Below are positions 30,390 to 40,760 of a stretch of 62,640 nucleotides of DNA, in pieces. The notes beneath the pieces are model-generated. The model was not told the origin of the DNA. It saw nothing but the letters and a program-made list of their open reading frames with translations, and made no database searches. Both the position numbers and the translations under genes were made by a program. This DNA is from a virus (taxonomy: Duplodnaviria > Caudoviricetes): positions 1 through 62,640 of the IMG/VR virus record IMGVR_UViG_3300025652_000066. One strand, written 5' to 3'. The stretch's first letter is position 1, and every line of letters begins with the position of its first letter.

Positions 30390-32072
30390 TTATAACACGT
30401 AGAGATCGTGGGTAATATAGCCATCGGCCTTACTGTATCCCGTTTCCATAGCAATAGAGGGTGTAGGTGTTTGCACGATATTCGCATTACCGCCATTCTC
30501 CCTTCCGCCCCAAGTGCTAAGGTCCTCACTAGCGTCGGCCGTAAGGTTGTACACATCTTCGTGATTAGTTAGGGGAAGGGCCCCACCTACTACTACATCT
30601 AGCGCATACGTGGCATAATTATAAAACGGGTCAGCATAGTTAGTGTATTCCCCCGTGTTTAAATCAGGGTTAACACTTATAGCCGCCCCAGTATGATAAA
30701 ACATCATCGTGTACCACTCGAACTGGTTATTATTCTCTGGTAGTAACGGGGATAGAATATTAGTAGGTGGCGTCGCGAATCCTGCAGCAGTCACCTCATA
30801 AGAGACGTGTACATTAGGGGACAAACTAAAGTTCCACATAAACGTACTAAGCGCATTATCTCCTGAAGCCGCATCATAGTTCCTTGCAGCTAAGACCGCT
30901 AAGCCGAACCGGAGGTCTAAGCCTCGAACCATCGCTATATAATCCGCTAACCAATAAGGTGTCGGAGACGCATAGTGTCCATTCCATATACCGCCATCGT
31001 GTCGAAGTAGGGTCTTTATGGCGTGGTCAGAACCGTCACGTCTTATAACTAGCTCAGAATATATATCAGCAACTGTTGGGGCTGGGTCGTCAGGATCATT
31101 ACCTGTGTAGGTAGGAGAGTCGCCTTTAGTCGCAGGTCGGCCGTAGTTTCTAGTGCCAGCTACAACAATCTTGTCGAGCATCCCCTCGTTGTCATTCTCG
31201 GAACTATAAGAGAAATCCACACCTACTATTTTTACAGTGCTGTCCGTATATACTGTGTGCTGGGTAAAGTTAACTTTCTCTTCCTCAGCATCATAGTTAA
31301 ACTTGATATAGCGATATTCATGAACGCCCTCTGAACCGATACCCGCGTCGGCCCTTCTAACAGAATCACGTATCTCGCCACCTACGATAGCATTACCCGC
31401 TAAGTTAAACCGCCACTCAAACTGAGCGCCAGAGGGCACATTAGGTATGGGGAACGTAAGGTGTGTGTCAGCTCCTACATTCCATACGACTATATTAGAG
31501 TCTATTGTAGCTATAAATAACTTGCTTTGTGCAGGATGGGCCGACGTCGGTGACACACCGTCTGGGAAAGGAATAGCTGCTTTGCCGGACGGTACTACGA
31601 ATGCTAAAGACCACGCTTCTTTAAGTCTATCTAGTCCACCGCCGAAAAAACGCGCTTGGTAACCTTTATAGCGGGTATTAGGGAGAGAGATGTAACCCTT
31701 AGCGTACGGGATCATCTGCCCTGATTCTTCCTCAGTTCTCGGATGGATCTTAGTTACTTTAGGCGCGTTTTGCACACCATCCTCATCCTCACCGTACTGC
31801 ATTTTGTCAGGTCGTAACTTGACTGCATACTTATAGTACGAAGCCTCATCGTCAATAGTTCCTACGAATATATACTCAGGCGGCGTTCCACCACTAAGCA
31901 TTATGTAAGGTGTAGCTGCATTAACAGACGTAGCTGTGATACCCTGCGCTATTAAGGTCTTACGGGAATTGAGTATATTCCCATTACGTTTAAGCTGCTT
32001 GAGCTTGTTCTTAGCAAGCACACTAAAACGTAGTGCCCTAGCGCCACTACCGGTTTTTCTAATACCAGCCAT
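30390..32072 (-). CDS. virion structural hypothetical protein
   Basis: 560 aa ORF coupled to upstream gene. Confidence 0.6.
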   Translation of the reverse strand: MAGIRKTGSGARALRFSVLAKNKLKQLKRNGNILNSRKTLIAQGITATSVNAATPYIMLSGGTPPEYIFVGTIDDEASYYKYAVKLRPDKMQYGEDEDGVQNAPKVTKIHPRTEEESGQMIPYAKGYISLPNTRYKGYQARFFGGGLDRLKEAWSLAFVVPSGKAAIPFPDGVSPTSAHPAQSKLFIATIDSNIVVWNVGADTHLTFPIPNVPSGAQFEWRFNLAGNAIVGGEIRDSVRRADAGIGSEGVHEYRYIKFNYDAEEEKVNFTQHTVYTDSTVKIVGVDFSYSSENDNEGMLDKIVVAGTRNYGRPATKGDSPTYTGNDPDDPAPTVADIYSELVIRRDGSDHAIKTLLRHDGGIWNGHYASPTPYWLADYIAMVRGLDLRFGLAVLAARNYDAASGDNALSTFMWNFSLSPNVHVSYEVTAAGFATPPTNILSPLLPENNNQFEWYTMMFYHTGAAISVNPDLNTGEYTNYADPFYNYATYALDVVVGGALPLTNHEDVYNLTADASEDLSTWGGRENGGNANIVQTPTPSIAMETGYSKADGYITHDLYVL

Positions 32073-34087
32073 TACACTTTCCTGCTAAGTGCTTCGACCT
32101 TATATTCTACCGCTTCTATATCAAGCGCATCACCTGCTGTATTCGAGATACTTAAACCCCAATACCGACCTCTAGCACCACGCGGTAAAACAACGCGACG
32201 CGTATGTGTACCTACTCTATCAATAGCGACAGCAATATGTGCCCCGCCACTCACTTCGTCTGCTTTAGGTTCTACGCTTATAGTCTGATTAGCACGCCCT
32301 GCAACATAGGCGTAAGGCACTCTTTTCAGCTGCGAGGAATTAAAATCAGTTGGCGCGAGTTCGGCCTTGGCGTTGATCTCAATCCCGTTATCCGTTTCGC
32401 CCTCTAACGAGAACAGCGTGTTATTCAATACACCGTAATAAACCCCGTTGAAACGGACAAGATGATCAAACTGGTAACTAACATACTTGGATATTGCCGA
32501 GTTAGCTATGTTCATAGCATAGGCTGTATACCCAGATGGAAGCTGGAATATTGACGCTTTAATAGCTATAGCTGGAACACCGAGCTGTGCAATACCGAAT
32601 AGTGATGTTACGGCAGGTACTGCGAGTATCGCTGAGCCGTATACGCCTGGTGTTACTGTCGCTGTTAAACTAACAAGTGGTGCTGCAATAGTTGTCGTTG
32701 CTACCGCGCCGACGGTGGCTGAAGCTGTTATCGACGACTTCGGTAGTGCTAACCTAGCGTACCCACCTGAGTAGGAAACCAAAGATACGTTGAACGATAT
32801 GCTTTGATCTACCTGTGCGACGCCGCCTACTAATCCTGATGCTGTGATTGAGCTAGCAGGGACAGACGCTTTGACGCGCGCTAGACTAGGTACTGTAGCA
32901 GACGCTGTTAATACGGTTGCTGGGGCTTTAAGCTTAGCACCATTTCCTGAGAATGCCGCTAAGGTTACGAGCGGTATATCAGCGACTACACCTTGCAGAT
33001 CAGCGGGGTAGGCTGCGGCAGACATTCTGAAATCTGCTACAGGAAGTGTATGCTGGAATACGCCGTCAACTGCTACATACTCCCCGCCACGTGACGTAAA
33101 GCCAAACAACGAGGTACTTGATTCGCCGTAATTATGATCTGCGGAAATAGTATCTAGGGCTAATAAATCGCTAGCGCCTGTACCGATTTCACCAGTAAGG
33201 ACATGCCCTTTAGAAACCAGACCTACAAGAGACGCGGTAGATGATGAGATAACAGGCGCAACAAAGCCACCGTTAGACTCTGAGATTAACGTTTCAAACG
33301 TCGAGTGTGATACGGCGGCTGGATAGTTTGTAGCCCAGGTATCGAGTGGTTGTAGTGAGACAGTCGCGCCATCATTATGAAGTGGCGACATTGTGCCGGT
33401 CATACTAGTGGCTGTGCTAAACGCACCACTGAATGATCTGCGTTTATTTGCTGTACCGGCTACTGATAGACTAGCTGGGAAGGCGCCACCTAAATGATGA
33501 ACCCCGTCAACGGTTCCGTGGCTGGCCATTGTAAATGACATCGGAATAGCAGTGGCTAGTGTGTTGGTTACTGTCATCGGAGATACGACGACAGTAGGAG
33601 CCATTTTGAAAGTAGCTGCTAGCTTATACACATTATAGATAACTGCGTCAGCGATGTTATCCCCGCCTGCATAGAGCGACGAGTCAATTAGTAAAAACGA
33701 GGTGTCAGAAGGCGGCGCTATTAAGCTTGTATAAACCAGCACTTCGTCAACGTAATAGGTTATCTCAGAACCTATCCTAACTATTTTATATACTGTGGAG
33801 GTTGGAGCGGATATTACGGGTGCCGTTTTGTCGACCCCAGATTCCATAATCCGGTAACCACCATTGGAGATATAGAACCCCCACTGGATTTCTTGGTAGC
33901 TATACCCCGTATTAGCGGACGGGTCTGAAAGACCTGTTACTACCCCTACTGGCGTGCCGTCGACTTGGAACTTATATATAGCATCGCCGTCAAGCATGCC
34001 GATACTTATAGCACCTGCATTCCACCCAGCATTAGGATCGAGTATGTATGTATCCGGTAGCTGTACCGTCTCGTATACGTAAGCCAT
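32072..34087 (-). CDS. tail structural protein
   Basis: 671 aa beta-rich; C-terminal GARGRYWG. Confidence 0.6.
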   Translation of the reverse strand: MAYVYETVQLPDTYILDPNAGWNAGAISIGMLDGDAIYKFQVDGTPVGVVTGLSDPSANTGYSYQEIQWGFYISNGGYRIMESGVDKTAPVISAPTSTVYKIVRIGSEITYYVDEVLVYTSLIAPPSDTSFLLIDSSLYAGGDNIADAVIYNVYKLAATFKMAPTVVVSPMTVTNTLATAIPMSFTMASHGTVDGVHHLGGAFPASLSVAGTANKRRSFSGAFSTATSMTGTMSPLHNDGATVSLQPLDTWATNYPAAVSHSTFETLISESNGGFVAPVISSSTASLVGLVSKGHVLTGEIGTGASDLLALDTISADHNYGESSTSLFGFTSRGGEYVAVDGVFQHTLPVADFRMSAAAYPADLQGVVADIPLVTLAAFSGNGAKLKAPATVLTASATVPSLARVKASVPASSITASGLVGGVAQVDQSISFNVSLVSYSGGYARLALPKSSITASATVGAVATTTIAAPLVSLTATVTPGVYGSAILAVPAVTSLFGIAQLGVPAIAIKASIFQLPSGYTAYAMNIANSAISKYVSYQFDHLVRFNGVYYGVLNNTLFSLEGETDNGIEINAKAELAPTDFNSSQLKRVPYAYVAGRANQTISVEPKADEVSGGAHIAVAIDRVGTHTRRVVLPRGARGRYWGLSISNTAGDALDIEAVEYKVEALSRKV

Positions 34088-34404
34088 TAGCGGGTTGCCC
34101 CATCGGCAAAGGAATAATCAGATACCGGTAGTTTAGAGCTAGTTACTTGAGTAAAACTGCCGTTGCTTGTAGTGTTACTAAGTGAGCAGAAGCCAGCTAC
34201 AGGTATGCCGCCGTATATTAGACACTCGTATACTGTAACAGACGCTTGTCCATCCCATGGCACTTGCCATTCATTTGCTGACGTAGAAGCAGCGTTCTGG
34301 CTATCCCCAACTATAGGATCAGGCACAAAGACGAGTACCTGCTCGGTTCCGCCAGGCACACGTTTTTGCACGAAGTCTTTAACTAATAGATTGATAGCAG
34401 CCAC
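34087..34404 (-). CDS. hypothetical protein
   Basis: AAGGAG RBS; coupled ORF. Confidence 0.55.
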   Translation of the reverse strand: MAAINLLVKDFVQKRVPGGTEQVLVFVPDPIVGDSQNAASTSANEWQVPWDGQASVTVYECLIYGGIPVAGFCSLSNTTSNGSFTQVTSSKLPVSDYSFADGATR

Positions 34405-34414
34405 AGGCTACTCC

Positions 34415-34867
34415 TTATAACGAAGGTAAGGTAACGCTATAGTAATCCACGTTCTGATCAGCACTGGCTGTCAGAGTAGTATTAGTAAAGTTCATCTCCG
34501 CATTAGCAGTAGCGATAGCGCCTTGCAATCTAGCCTCAGTTGTACTAAGTGTGCCTGTATCACCCACGGCTGTGTGGCGGTAGAAACTCGCTAGCCCTGA
34601 AGCTGCATTAGTGCCTTTCCAGCTTTCACCTGGCGCTTTAGCTAATACGCCTGATGCCGCCGCAGTATCCATATTGATGCCTGTTCCTAGCCCGTCAATA
34701 GAGATGGTACATAGTAAGGTATTCGCACCCGCTGAACCGATAGCGTTATCCGCATTGGTAGGAGCAGTTCCTGAGTATATCTTGATAAAGCCAGCCGCTA
34801 GTGTTGAAGCTAGCGAACCAGTAGCAAGTAACTTGTTACGCATCCCTGCGCTTACTTTAAGAGCCAT
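34415..34867 (-). CDS. small virion structural protein (paralogue of 35279..35740)
   Basis: S.GMRNKLL...IKIYSG..P.NAD...A.FYR...RLQG. Confidence 0.65.
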   Translation of the reverse strand: MALKVSAGMRNKLLATGSLASTLAAGFIKIYSGTAPTNADNAIGSAGANTLLCTISIDGLGTGINMDTAAASGVLAKAPGESWKGTNAASGLASFYRHTAVGDTGTLSTTEARLQGAIATANAEMNFTNTTLTASADQNVDYYSVTLPSL

Positions 34868-34868
34868 C

Positions 34869-35279
34869 TTAGTCTCCTGTGACTGTTACTGCGCCAGTAG
34901 CGAATGAAGCTACTTCTGCGGTGTTCAATGTGACGGTTGGAATACTAACCAAGAACAATAAGTTCCCAGCAGTAGCAGCATCGTAGATCCCTAGATACAT
35001 GACGGCATAAGGAGCCGCGCCAGAGCCGTATACAACTGCTCCGTAAGTCTGGGCGTTAGTCGAAGTAGCTACGCCGCCTGAAGCTGCACCAAACGTAATT
35101 GACTGGCGGGCATAGGCTGTATCGTCGACTGTGGCACTGACTTCTGTTCCAGTATCAGCATCCGTTGGATCTGCTTTATGTAGCGATAGATAAAGCGTGG
35201 CGTTAGGTGATGTGTACCCCGTCGCTGTGAGAACGTGGTTTAGCGCCGCATTCTCTAGGTAATCACTCATCCCAGCCAT
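34869..35279 (-). CDS. small tail-associated structural protein
   Basis: MSDYLEN..LNHVL...YLSLH.ADP...YARQ.ITF...GIYDA.TAGNLL. Confidence 0.7.
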   Translation of the reverse strand: MAGMSDYLENAALNHVLTATGYTSPNATLYLSLHKADPTDADTGTEVSATVDDTAYARQSITFGAASGGVATSTNAQTYGAVVYGSGAAPYAVMYLGIYDAATAGNLLFLVSIPTVTLNTAEVASFATGAVTVTGD

Positions 35280-35740
35280 TAGTTAGCAGCCATTGTTAAT
35301 TGGAATACATCAACTGTGCTTGGCGCGCCTCCGACAATAGCGGTATTGCTCAATGTCATATCACCGCCCGTCTTCGCTACACTACCGTCAATACGTGACA
35401 AAGTTGTGCTAGAAGTACCGTCATCATTAGGGTTGCCTGCAAAACGGAACCAGCCGGCTGTGCCTGACGTTATCCCGTTAAACTTCCAGTTCTCTGATAC
35501 TGCTTTGGCAATAGAACCTGCCGCTGCATTATCAAAGTTAATACCGTTAGTTGCTACGCCGTGTGTAAAGGCCAACGCGTCTACGGTAACCTGGCCAAGC
35601 AGAACGCCTGCCGCAGCAGAGTCAGCAGTAGCGGGTTGCGCGCCTGAGTAGATGTAGATCGTGCCGTTAGCTAAGGCGGCGTCTAAACCCGTGCTGCCTA
35701 ACATAGCGTCCCGTAATCCTGTTGAAAATCGAACTGCCAT
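35279..35740 (-). CDS. small virion structural protein
   Basis: STGLRDAML...IYIYSGAQP.TAD...AGWFR...RIDG. Confidence 0.65.
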   Translation of the reverse strand: MAVRFSTGLRDAMLGSTGLDAALANGTIYIYSGAQPATADSAAAGVLLGQVTVDALAFTHGVATNGINFDNAAAGSIAKAVSENWKFNGITSGTAGWFRFAGNPNDDGTSSTTLSRIDGSVAKTGGDMTLSNTAIVGGAPSTVDVFQLTMAAN

Positions 35741-35742
35741 AA

Positions 35743-36942
35743 TTATATCCCTATATATTTATTATTTACTGTCCCACTATCCGTAGTGGAGACTAGAAAC
35801 CTGTTATACCCGTCTTGCTCTATAAAAGCGGTGACACATCTGCCACCAGGTGCCACGCTCGCACGCGTTTGCGTAAGATTTTCAAACTCAGGTACTCTGC
35901 ATACCCCTCGATTTGTCCAGAAATAGAGCACGCCATTTGGATCTTGAGATGCTTGATTCCCTTCTGGTACGCCGTAATCCGCGAGTTTCACTAACCCGTT
36001 GCTCATGGAGTACGAGAGTATTGTCTTATCTGTGGCGATTAATACGCCGCCTGTATACGCCTCTAGCATCCTGACCTGTCCAGACACTGCTTCGTATGAT
36101 CCGAAGAGGTCAAACAACCCTAGCCAAAAAGGCTCAGAGTGGAAGATATAAGTGGCGTCTTGAGGCTGTGAATAATCTGCAACATACATCCGCCCGTCTT
36201 GGTAGGTGAGCTTAGTGGCTGACATCGGTACTGGGTAACGTTGGTGTTGCTCCTTAGCTAGCGGAACGATTAAGTTCTCTAATGCGCCATCAAGGAGAAA
36301 CGATATATTGGTTGTAGTGACCGCTTTGTATAGCGTCTCACCATTAGTAGCCGAGATATAGATAACCGTCTCGTGGTCAGCTAGTTGGGGTACTTCGATC
36401 TGAAGTCCTGAGTTAGCTGATGTATTTACAACGACAGGTGTGGGCGCAGCGCCTTCTTCTCCGAAACTATTACGGTGTGTGCACGTGACTTGGTATTGAC
36501 CTGGCGGTATTGAGCCTGCGGCTAACGTAATACTAGGTTGCATAGCGGTTGCTACGCCCCACGGTTTAAATACGTCCGAGTCTATTACGCCTGTCTTAGG
36601 ACCAAGGATGTAGATCTTATTTCCAACTTCTTCCCATTCATATACGCCTTCTGGAAAACCAGTAGCTAGAACCGTCGAGGTGAAGTCAGCTTCAATCGCG
36701 ATAAGCGATCCGTCGTCGATGGCGTACATATGTTTCTGGTCGTCTGTCGAGAACATCCCGTAGACATCCGATAGCGATAAGCGGGAGGTATATCCGTCGC
36801 GCCTATGGATAGAATCCTCGTTGTCTATATTTATATTGTCGGCAACAAGTAGTGCCCCTTTCGGAGCTTGTAGCGGGTCGAGCGTGTTTACTAAACCCAG
36901 AAACGAGTTTACTTTGAGTGGGTCTTGTTTAGGTAGGGTCAT
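35743..36942 (-). CDS. putative tail nozzle/tubular protein
   Basis: F.GLVN...ADNINID....RRDGY; follows the adaptor gene. Confidence 0.55.
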   Translation of the reverse strand: MTLPKQDPLKVNSFLGLVNTLDPLQAPKGALLVADNINIDNEDSIHRRDGYTSRLSLSDVYGMFSTDDQKHMYAIDDGSLIAIEADFTSTVLATGFPEGVYEWEEVGNKIYILGPKTGVIDSDVFKPWGVATAMQPSITLAAGSIPPGQYQVTCTHRNSFGEEGAAPTPVVVNTSANSGLQIEVPQLADHETVIYISATNGETLYKAVTTTNISFLLDGALENLIVPLAKEQHQRYPVPMSATKLTYQDGRMYVADYSQPQDATYIFHSEPFWLGLFDLFGSYEAVSGQVRMLEAYTGGVLIATDKTILSYSMSNGLVKLADYGVPEGNQASQDPNGVLYFWTNRGVCRVPEFENLTQTRASVAPGGRCVTAFIEQDGYNRFLVSTTDSGTVNNKYIGI

Positions 36943-37631
36943 AATCCACCATACTTAACCGTACCAACACGGCGTTGCTTTCTAGTCTGGCGACCCTTCA
37001 CGATCTTGCAGTATTGATAAAACTGCATTTTATATCGATCGGCTAACTGCATATTACCGGAGTCAGAGTCTTGCTTCTCATAGGCCATGGCTTTACAGAA
37101 CATCAACAAAGAGCGTTGGTGGGCTGACTCAGCTAGCTCTAGAACACTGCCGTCGTCAACAATATCGTTTACGGGTAACCGAATTACTGAGAACTGAATA
37201 GTGTCACTTGCACTAGGTATTGGAACGAGCCGTGCTTTGTTAGTCTGCTCATCAGTGACAAGAAGTCTGGGTGTACCTTTAGCCGTATCCCAGTTACCTG
37301 ACAACTGCTCGCCGTATCCACCTGTGGTGTATTCTTTGTCAAGTTCATTGAAGTTAACAATCCTCAGTGGACGAGAGCGCGAGCCTAATCTAGCACGTCG
37401 GATCTCGATGATCCGTGGATCAATATCAATCCACGGGCTGTCGATCGTAATAGCAGGCTGAGTTACAGCCGGTGTAGAGGAATCTTTAAAGTAATCGGTA
37501 AGACGTGCAAATTCTTTCTGGGCTTCATCTAGATACCAGAAGAACTCCTGGTCAGACCAGAAATACTCTTGTACTGTATCTTCCACTTCTGTGCGGAATA
37601 TACCAAGGAGATCCTCTACTAGATAAGCCAC
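36939..37631 (-). CDS. head-tail adaptor protein
   Basis: FR....D....YFWSD.E...YLDEAQ.EFAR...L.P.P...AYEKQD. Confidence 0.7.
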   Translation of the reverse strand: MAYLVEDLLGIFRTEVEDTVQEYFWSDQEFFWYLDEAQKEFARLTDYFKDSSTPAVTQPAITIDSPWIDIDPRIIEIRRARLGSRSRPLRIVNFNELDKEYTTGGYGEQLSGNWDTAKGTPRLLVTDEQTNKARLVPIPSASDTIQFSVIRLPVNDIVDDGSVLELAESAHQRSLLMFCKAMAYEKQDSDSGNMQLADRYKMQFYQYCKIVKGRQTRKQRRVGTVKYGGL

Positions 37632-37635
37632 TATA

Positions 37636-38019
37636 CTACTCTACTGCTTCTTCGCCGATTGTAAGCCGAACGTCGGCCCACACTTCATCGCGTTCCCCAG
37701 CAAAGACTTGGAATCCTAAATCTTTTGACATGACGACTGCGTCTGGTTTACCAGACCCTGTGAAGTCACCACGCTTGTTGCGAGCGACCATAGAGCGGAT
37801 CTGTTTTGCTAAGGCTGTTGTACGTTCTGGCCCTTCAAGTTGTACAGCAATTTTTGTCTCTTCAGCATCAAGGACTTCGCCTTGTACTAAATGAGCTCCG
37901 GCAGCTAGACAATCTTTAACGGCGGCAGCAGGTACATCAACTGGGGTGTTCTTTTTAAACTCGAAAGTGTAACCAACTAGGGTTACAACGAGCTTATCTA
38001 CAGGCATTTGTAGTTTCAT
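37636..38019 (-). CDS. conserved hypothetical protein
   Basis: DFTGSGKP...ERDEVW. Confidence 0.6.
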   Translation of the reverse strand: MKLQMPVDKLVVTLVGYTFEFKKNTPVDVPAAAVKDCLAAGAHLVQGEVLDAEETKIAVQLEGPERTTALAKQIRSMVARNKRGDFTGSGKPDAVVMSKDLGFQVFAGERDEVWADVRLTIGEEAVE

Positions 38020-38101
38020 TATTTATTTCCTAAAGTGAGTGGTGTCCCCGAAGGGGGAAGGGAGTGACTAAACTCCCTTCCTAGTCAACCACTGCCGGTG
38101 G

Positions 38102-38494
38102 TTAAACTGGTTGTACTTCGTTTGCACGTCCACCTACGATGTACGAAACAAGCACGTAACCATCACCGACTGTAGGCGTACCAGTGTTCGTGATGTTCAA
38201 AACAAGTGCATCTGTTACAGAGAAAGCCGCGCCTGCAGGTACTAGGTTTGTTCCACCTGCAACTTTAGCGTCAACGTTTGCTGCATACTTATCACCAGTA
38301 GTCTTGTCACCTAAGTCAAGTACAGCTGATGAAGCAGAGTCAAATGCATTTACGATTACGACTGCGCCGCCAGTTACGACTGCGCCGCCAGGGATATCAA
38401 TTAACTCTACGCTTACGCCATCAGCGTCTGCGAAGGTAAAATTGACCTTAGCTGTTAGTGGCCATTGACGACCACCATCTTTTACGATTGCCAT
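38102..38494 (-). CDS. putative capsid decoration protein
   Basis: Directly after MCP; IPGGAVVTGG...AFDS...LDLGD. Confidence 0.6.
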   Translation of the reverse strand: MAIVKDGGRQWPLTAKVNFTFADADGVSVELIDIPGGAVVTGGAVVIVNAFDSASSAVLDLGDKTTGDKYAANVDAKVAGGTNLVPAGAAFSVTDALVLNITNTGTPTVGDGYVLVSYIVGGRANEVQPV

Positions 38495-38518
38495 GATTTA
38501 TTTCCTCTTAAGCAATAT

Positions 38519-38542
38519 GATGGGGCGGCGAACCGCCCCGTC
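38519..38542 (-). terminator. UUCG-tetraloop hairpin after MCP (terminator/stabiliser)
   Basis: GACGGGGCGG-TTCG-CCGCCCCATC on the minus strand; weak U tract. Confidence 0.55.
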
Positions 38543-38545
38543 GGA

Positions 38546-39655
38546 TTAGATAGCAGTATCGATAGCGATAACACCGAAATCTTGTTCAGTACCAGAGATC
38601 TGACTATGGAACACAGGTTTCTTCATACCGATGATTTTGCCGGTAGAAATAGCTTGTTGATTGTCATAATCGAACATCTTCTCGATCCACTCAGGTGAAC
38701 CAATATCAGCGAATGCCATAGCTTGAGCACCACACATTAGGACACGTTGGCCGTCGACGTTAGAACCTGCACCCCATTTAGATCCAGCTAGTGCACCTTT
38801 AGTGTTGTACACGTGACGGTATTCGTAGATCGCTAAGCCATCAACATAGATAACCGAAGCGCCTTTGAATAACGGGTTAGATGAGCTACGTGGTAACGCG
38901 TCTTTCCATGCAGCCATAAAGTCTGGGTCAGCTTTAAGCTTCGCAATACCTTGAGGAGTCATGAATACGTTGTACACTTCCATACCATCACCACCACGGA
39001 TTGGGCGGATGAAGTTGTCTTTAGCGTACGCTTTGGCTTCTACCAACATACGCCATGAAGGAGTATCAGTAGAGACTAACGATGCGTTAGAGGCATGGCT
39101 GAAATCTTTAGCAGTGTTGTTCCATGTAAGAACGCGATCTGTAGTTGGAGCAGATACATCACCAGAGAAATCTAAGTTTACGAAATCAGAACCAACACGA
39201 TCACGACCGTTAGTGTGCTTGCTATAAGCAACACCAGACATTGTCAAGAACGCTAATTGGTCGCAACGATCAGCAAGCCAGTAAGACAAGTTGTCGCGTG
39301 AAGTTTCGCGGAAGTTGATGATTGAACGTTGGTCAGCCATACGGCCTTCGTGGCGTGTAGCGTGACGTAGTTGATCAAGCTGAACAACCATGTCGTATGA
39401 TTTACCAGCTTCTTCATTACCTTCTAATGTGCGATCCCCTGCGATACCATCGCCTTCAAGATCTGCTACTAGGGTAATTACTGCACGAGCGCCTTTTTCG
39501 GACTTAGTCAACTCAGTGATTCGTTGAATCATTGCGTTGTTACCAGTACCCATAAAGCGGTTCATGAAAGAGTTGTTACGCGCTGCTTTCCAAAGATCTT
39601 TAGACCAGACGGTCTTTTCTTCGTTTGTAAGCAGGGCAAAGTTACTTAATGCCAT
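38546..39655 (-). CDS. major capsid protein, N4 gp56-like
   Basis: IQRITEL.K..KG.RAVITL..DLEGDG..GD..LEGNEE, DQLRHA, NPLFKG, CGAQA, DFGVIA. Confidence 0.9.
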   Translation of the reverse strand: MALSNFALLTNEEKTVWSKDLWKAARNNSFMNRFMGTGNNAMIQRITELTKSEKGARAVITLVADLEGDGIAGDRTLEGNEEAGKSYDMVVQLDQLRHATRHEGRMADQRSIINFRETSRDNLSYWLADRCDQLAFLTMSGVAYSKHTNGRDRVGSDFVNLDFSGDVSAPTTDRVLTWNNTAKDFSHASNASLVSTDTPSWRMLVEAKAYAKDNFIRPIRGGDGMEVYNVFMTPQGIAKLKADPDFMAAWKDALPRSSSNPLFKGASVIYVDGLAIYEYRHVYNTKGALAGSKWGAGSNVDGQRVLMCGAQAMAFADIGSPEWIEKMFDYDNQQAISTGKIIGMKKPVFHSQISGTEQDFGVIAIDTAI

Positions 39656-39658
39656 GTC

Positions 39659-39854
39659 GAATATTCCTTTATTCGTCGTATTAAAATCCCAAAACTATGG
39701 GAATGATTGGTCAAACGTTCTGAACCTATCGCGTCAGATAACTTTCGCTTAATACGGTTATTTATCGAGGGTGGCGATCCTCGCTCTATCTATCGCTATA
39801 GAGGTCGAAGTATGGATCTAGCGCATCCTTGCGCATTTGATACATCCTTGTATC
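39659..39854 (-). promoter_or_regulatory. MCP 5' leader with three CsrA-type AGGA hairpins
   Basis: GATACA-AGGA-TGTATC (39839-39854), GCGCA-AGGA-TGCGC (39821-39834), GAATA-AAGGAA-TATTC over the RBS (39659-39674). Confidence 0.75.
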
Positions 39855-39870
39855 GCAGAACCATGTGAGC

Positions 39871-39900
39871 ATGGTACCACAATACAAGGATTATAGTCAA
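39871..39900 (-). promoter_or_regulatory. sigma70-type promoter for MCP
   Basis: TTGACT-N18-TACCAT with TG extension. Confidence 0.6.
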
Positions 39901-40749
39901 CTAGTTGACGTCACCACGCATTTTCCGCTTGGTTGATTCTGGTAACGCGTCGAACTCTTCCTCAGTCAGATCATTAACATCAGGGAGTACATCTTTTTTA
40001 CCTGAGTTATCACTATCAAACCCTACCTTATCTAAACCAGGTGGTTGCTTATTAGCGGTATCTACGTTCTTCTTCACGTCCGTTTTTCGCTTCTGGGCTG
40101 GCTCTGCAGGTTCTGCAGCTGCTACACCTTTAGGCATGACGTAACGTACCGCATCTTGTAGTGCTGTAGAAGGTGCTGTACCTGACGAGACAAACGCGCG
40201 TTGTAGACGAAGTACTTCGTCTACCGAGTCTTGGTCATAGGTATCGGAGTCAGGGTCAAGATTAGGGTACTGGGTATTCAATGCTTCGATAGTAGAATCA
40301 AGACGGATAGACTCGCGAGTAGACTCGCTCGTACGTTGCGAACGTTGTTCGTGCTCTGCATCACGTTCTGCTCGTTCCATCTGACGGATCTGCTTATTGT
40401 AGCCAGCCGCAGCTGCTGTATCACCATCTGCTCTAGCTTGCTCTAGCTTAAGGTCTAAGTCTGCATAAGGATCAGCTTCTTCTTTCTGCTCTTCCTTAGG
40501 TGACATGCTAGCACGCAACTCAGCCAGTTCACGCTCCGCTTCTCTTGCACGGTTTGCTGCTGAGTCGTAACGATGCTTTGGGATCATCCCATTAGATCGG
40601 GGTGCTTCCTCTTCTTCCTCTTCAGGCGCTTCAGCTTCTTCCTCTTCAGGCGCTTCCGCTTCTTCTAAGCCTTCTTCCTCTTCTTCTTCGACCGCTTGAT
40701 CTTCAGGCAACAAGATGTCATCTTCGTCTTCCATGGCAGTGTTTGACAT
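39901..40749 (-). CDS. capsid scaffolding protein
   Basis: Very acidic N-terminus, MIPKHRYD, coiled coil, EEEFDALPE..KRKMRG; between portal and MCP. Confidence 0.8.
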   Translation of the reverse strand: MSNTAMEDEDDILLPEDQAVEEEEEEGLEEAEAPEEEEAEAPEEEEEEAPRSNGMIPKHRYDSAANRAREAERELAELRASMSPKEEQKEEADPYADLDLKLEQARADGDTAAAAGYNKQIRQMERAERDAEHEQRSQRTSESTRESIRLDSTIEALNTQYPNLDPDSDTYDQDSVDEVLRLQRAFVSSGTAPSTALQDAVRYVMPKGVAAAEPAEPAQKRKTDVKKNVDTANKQPPGLDKVGFDSDNSGKKDVLPDVNDLTEEEFDALPESTKRKMRGDVN

Positions 40750-40760
40750 TGTAAATCCTC

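Noticed and set aside
36601-36612. CAAGGATG site as a CsrA target
   Set aside because: On the non-coding strand and without an extended stem; counted as background.
40595-40700. CTT/TCT repeats
   Set aside because: They encode the Glu-rich low-complexity region of the scaffold protein.
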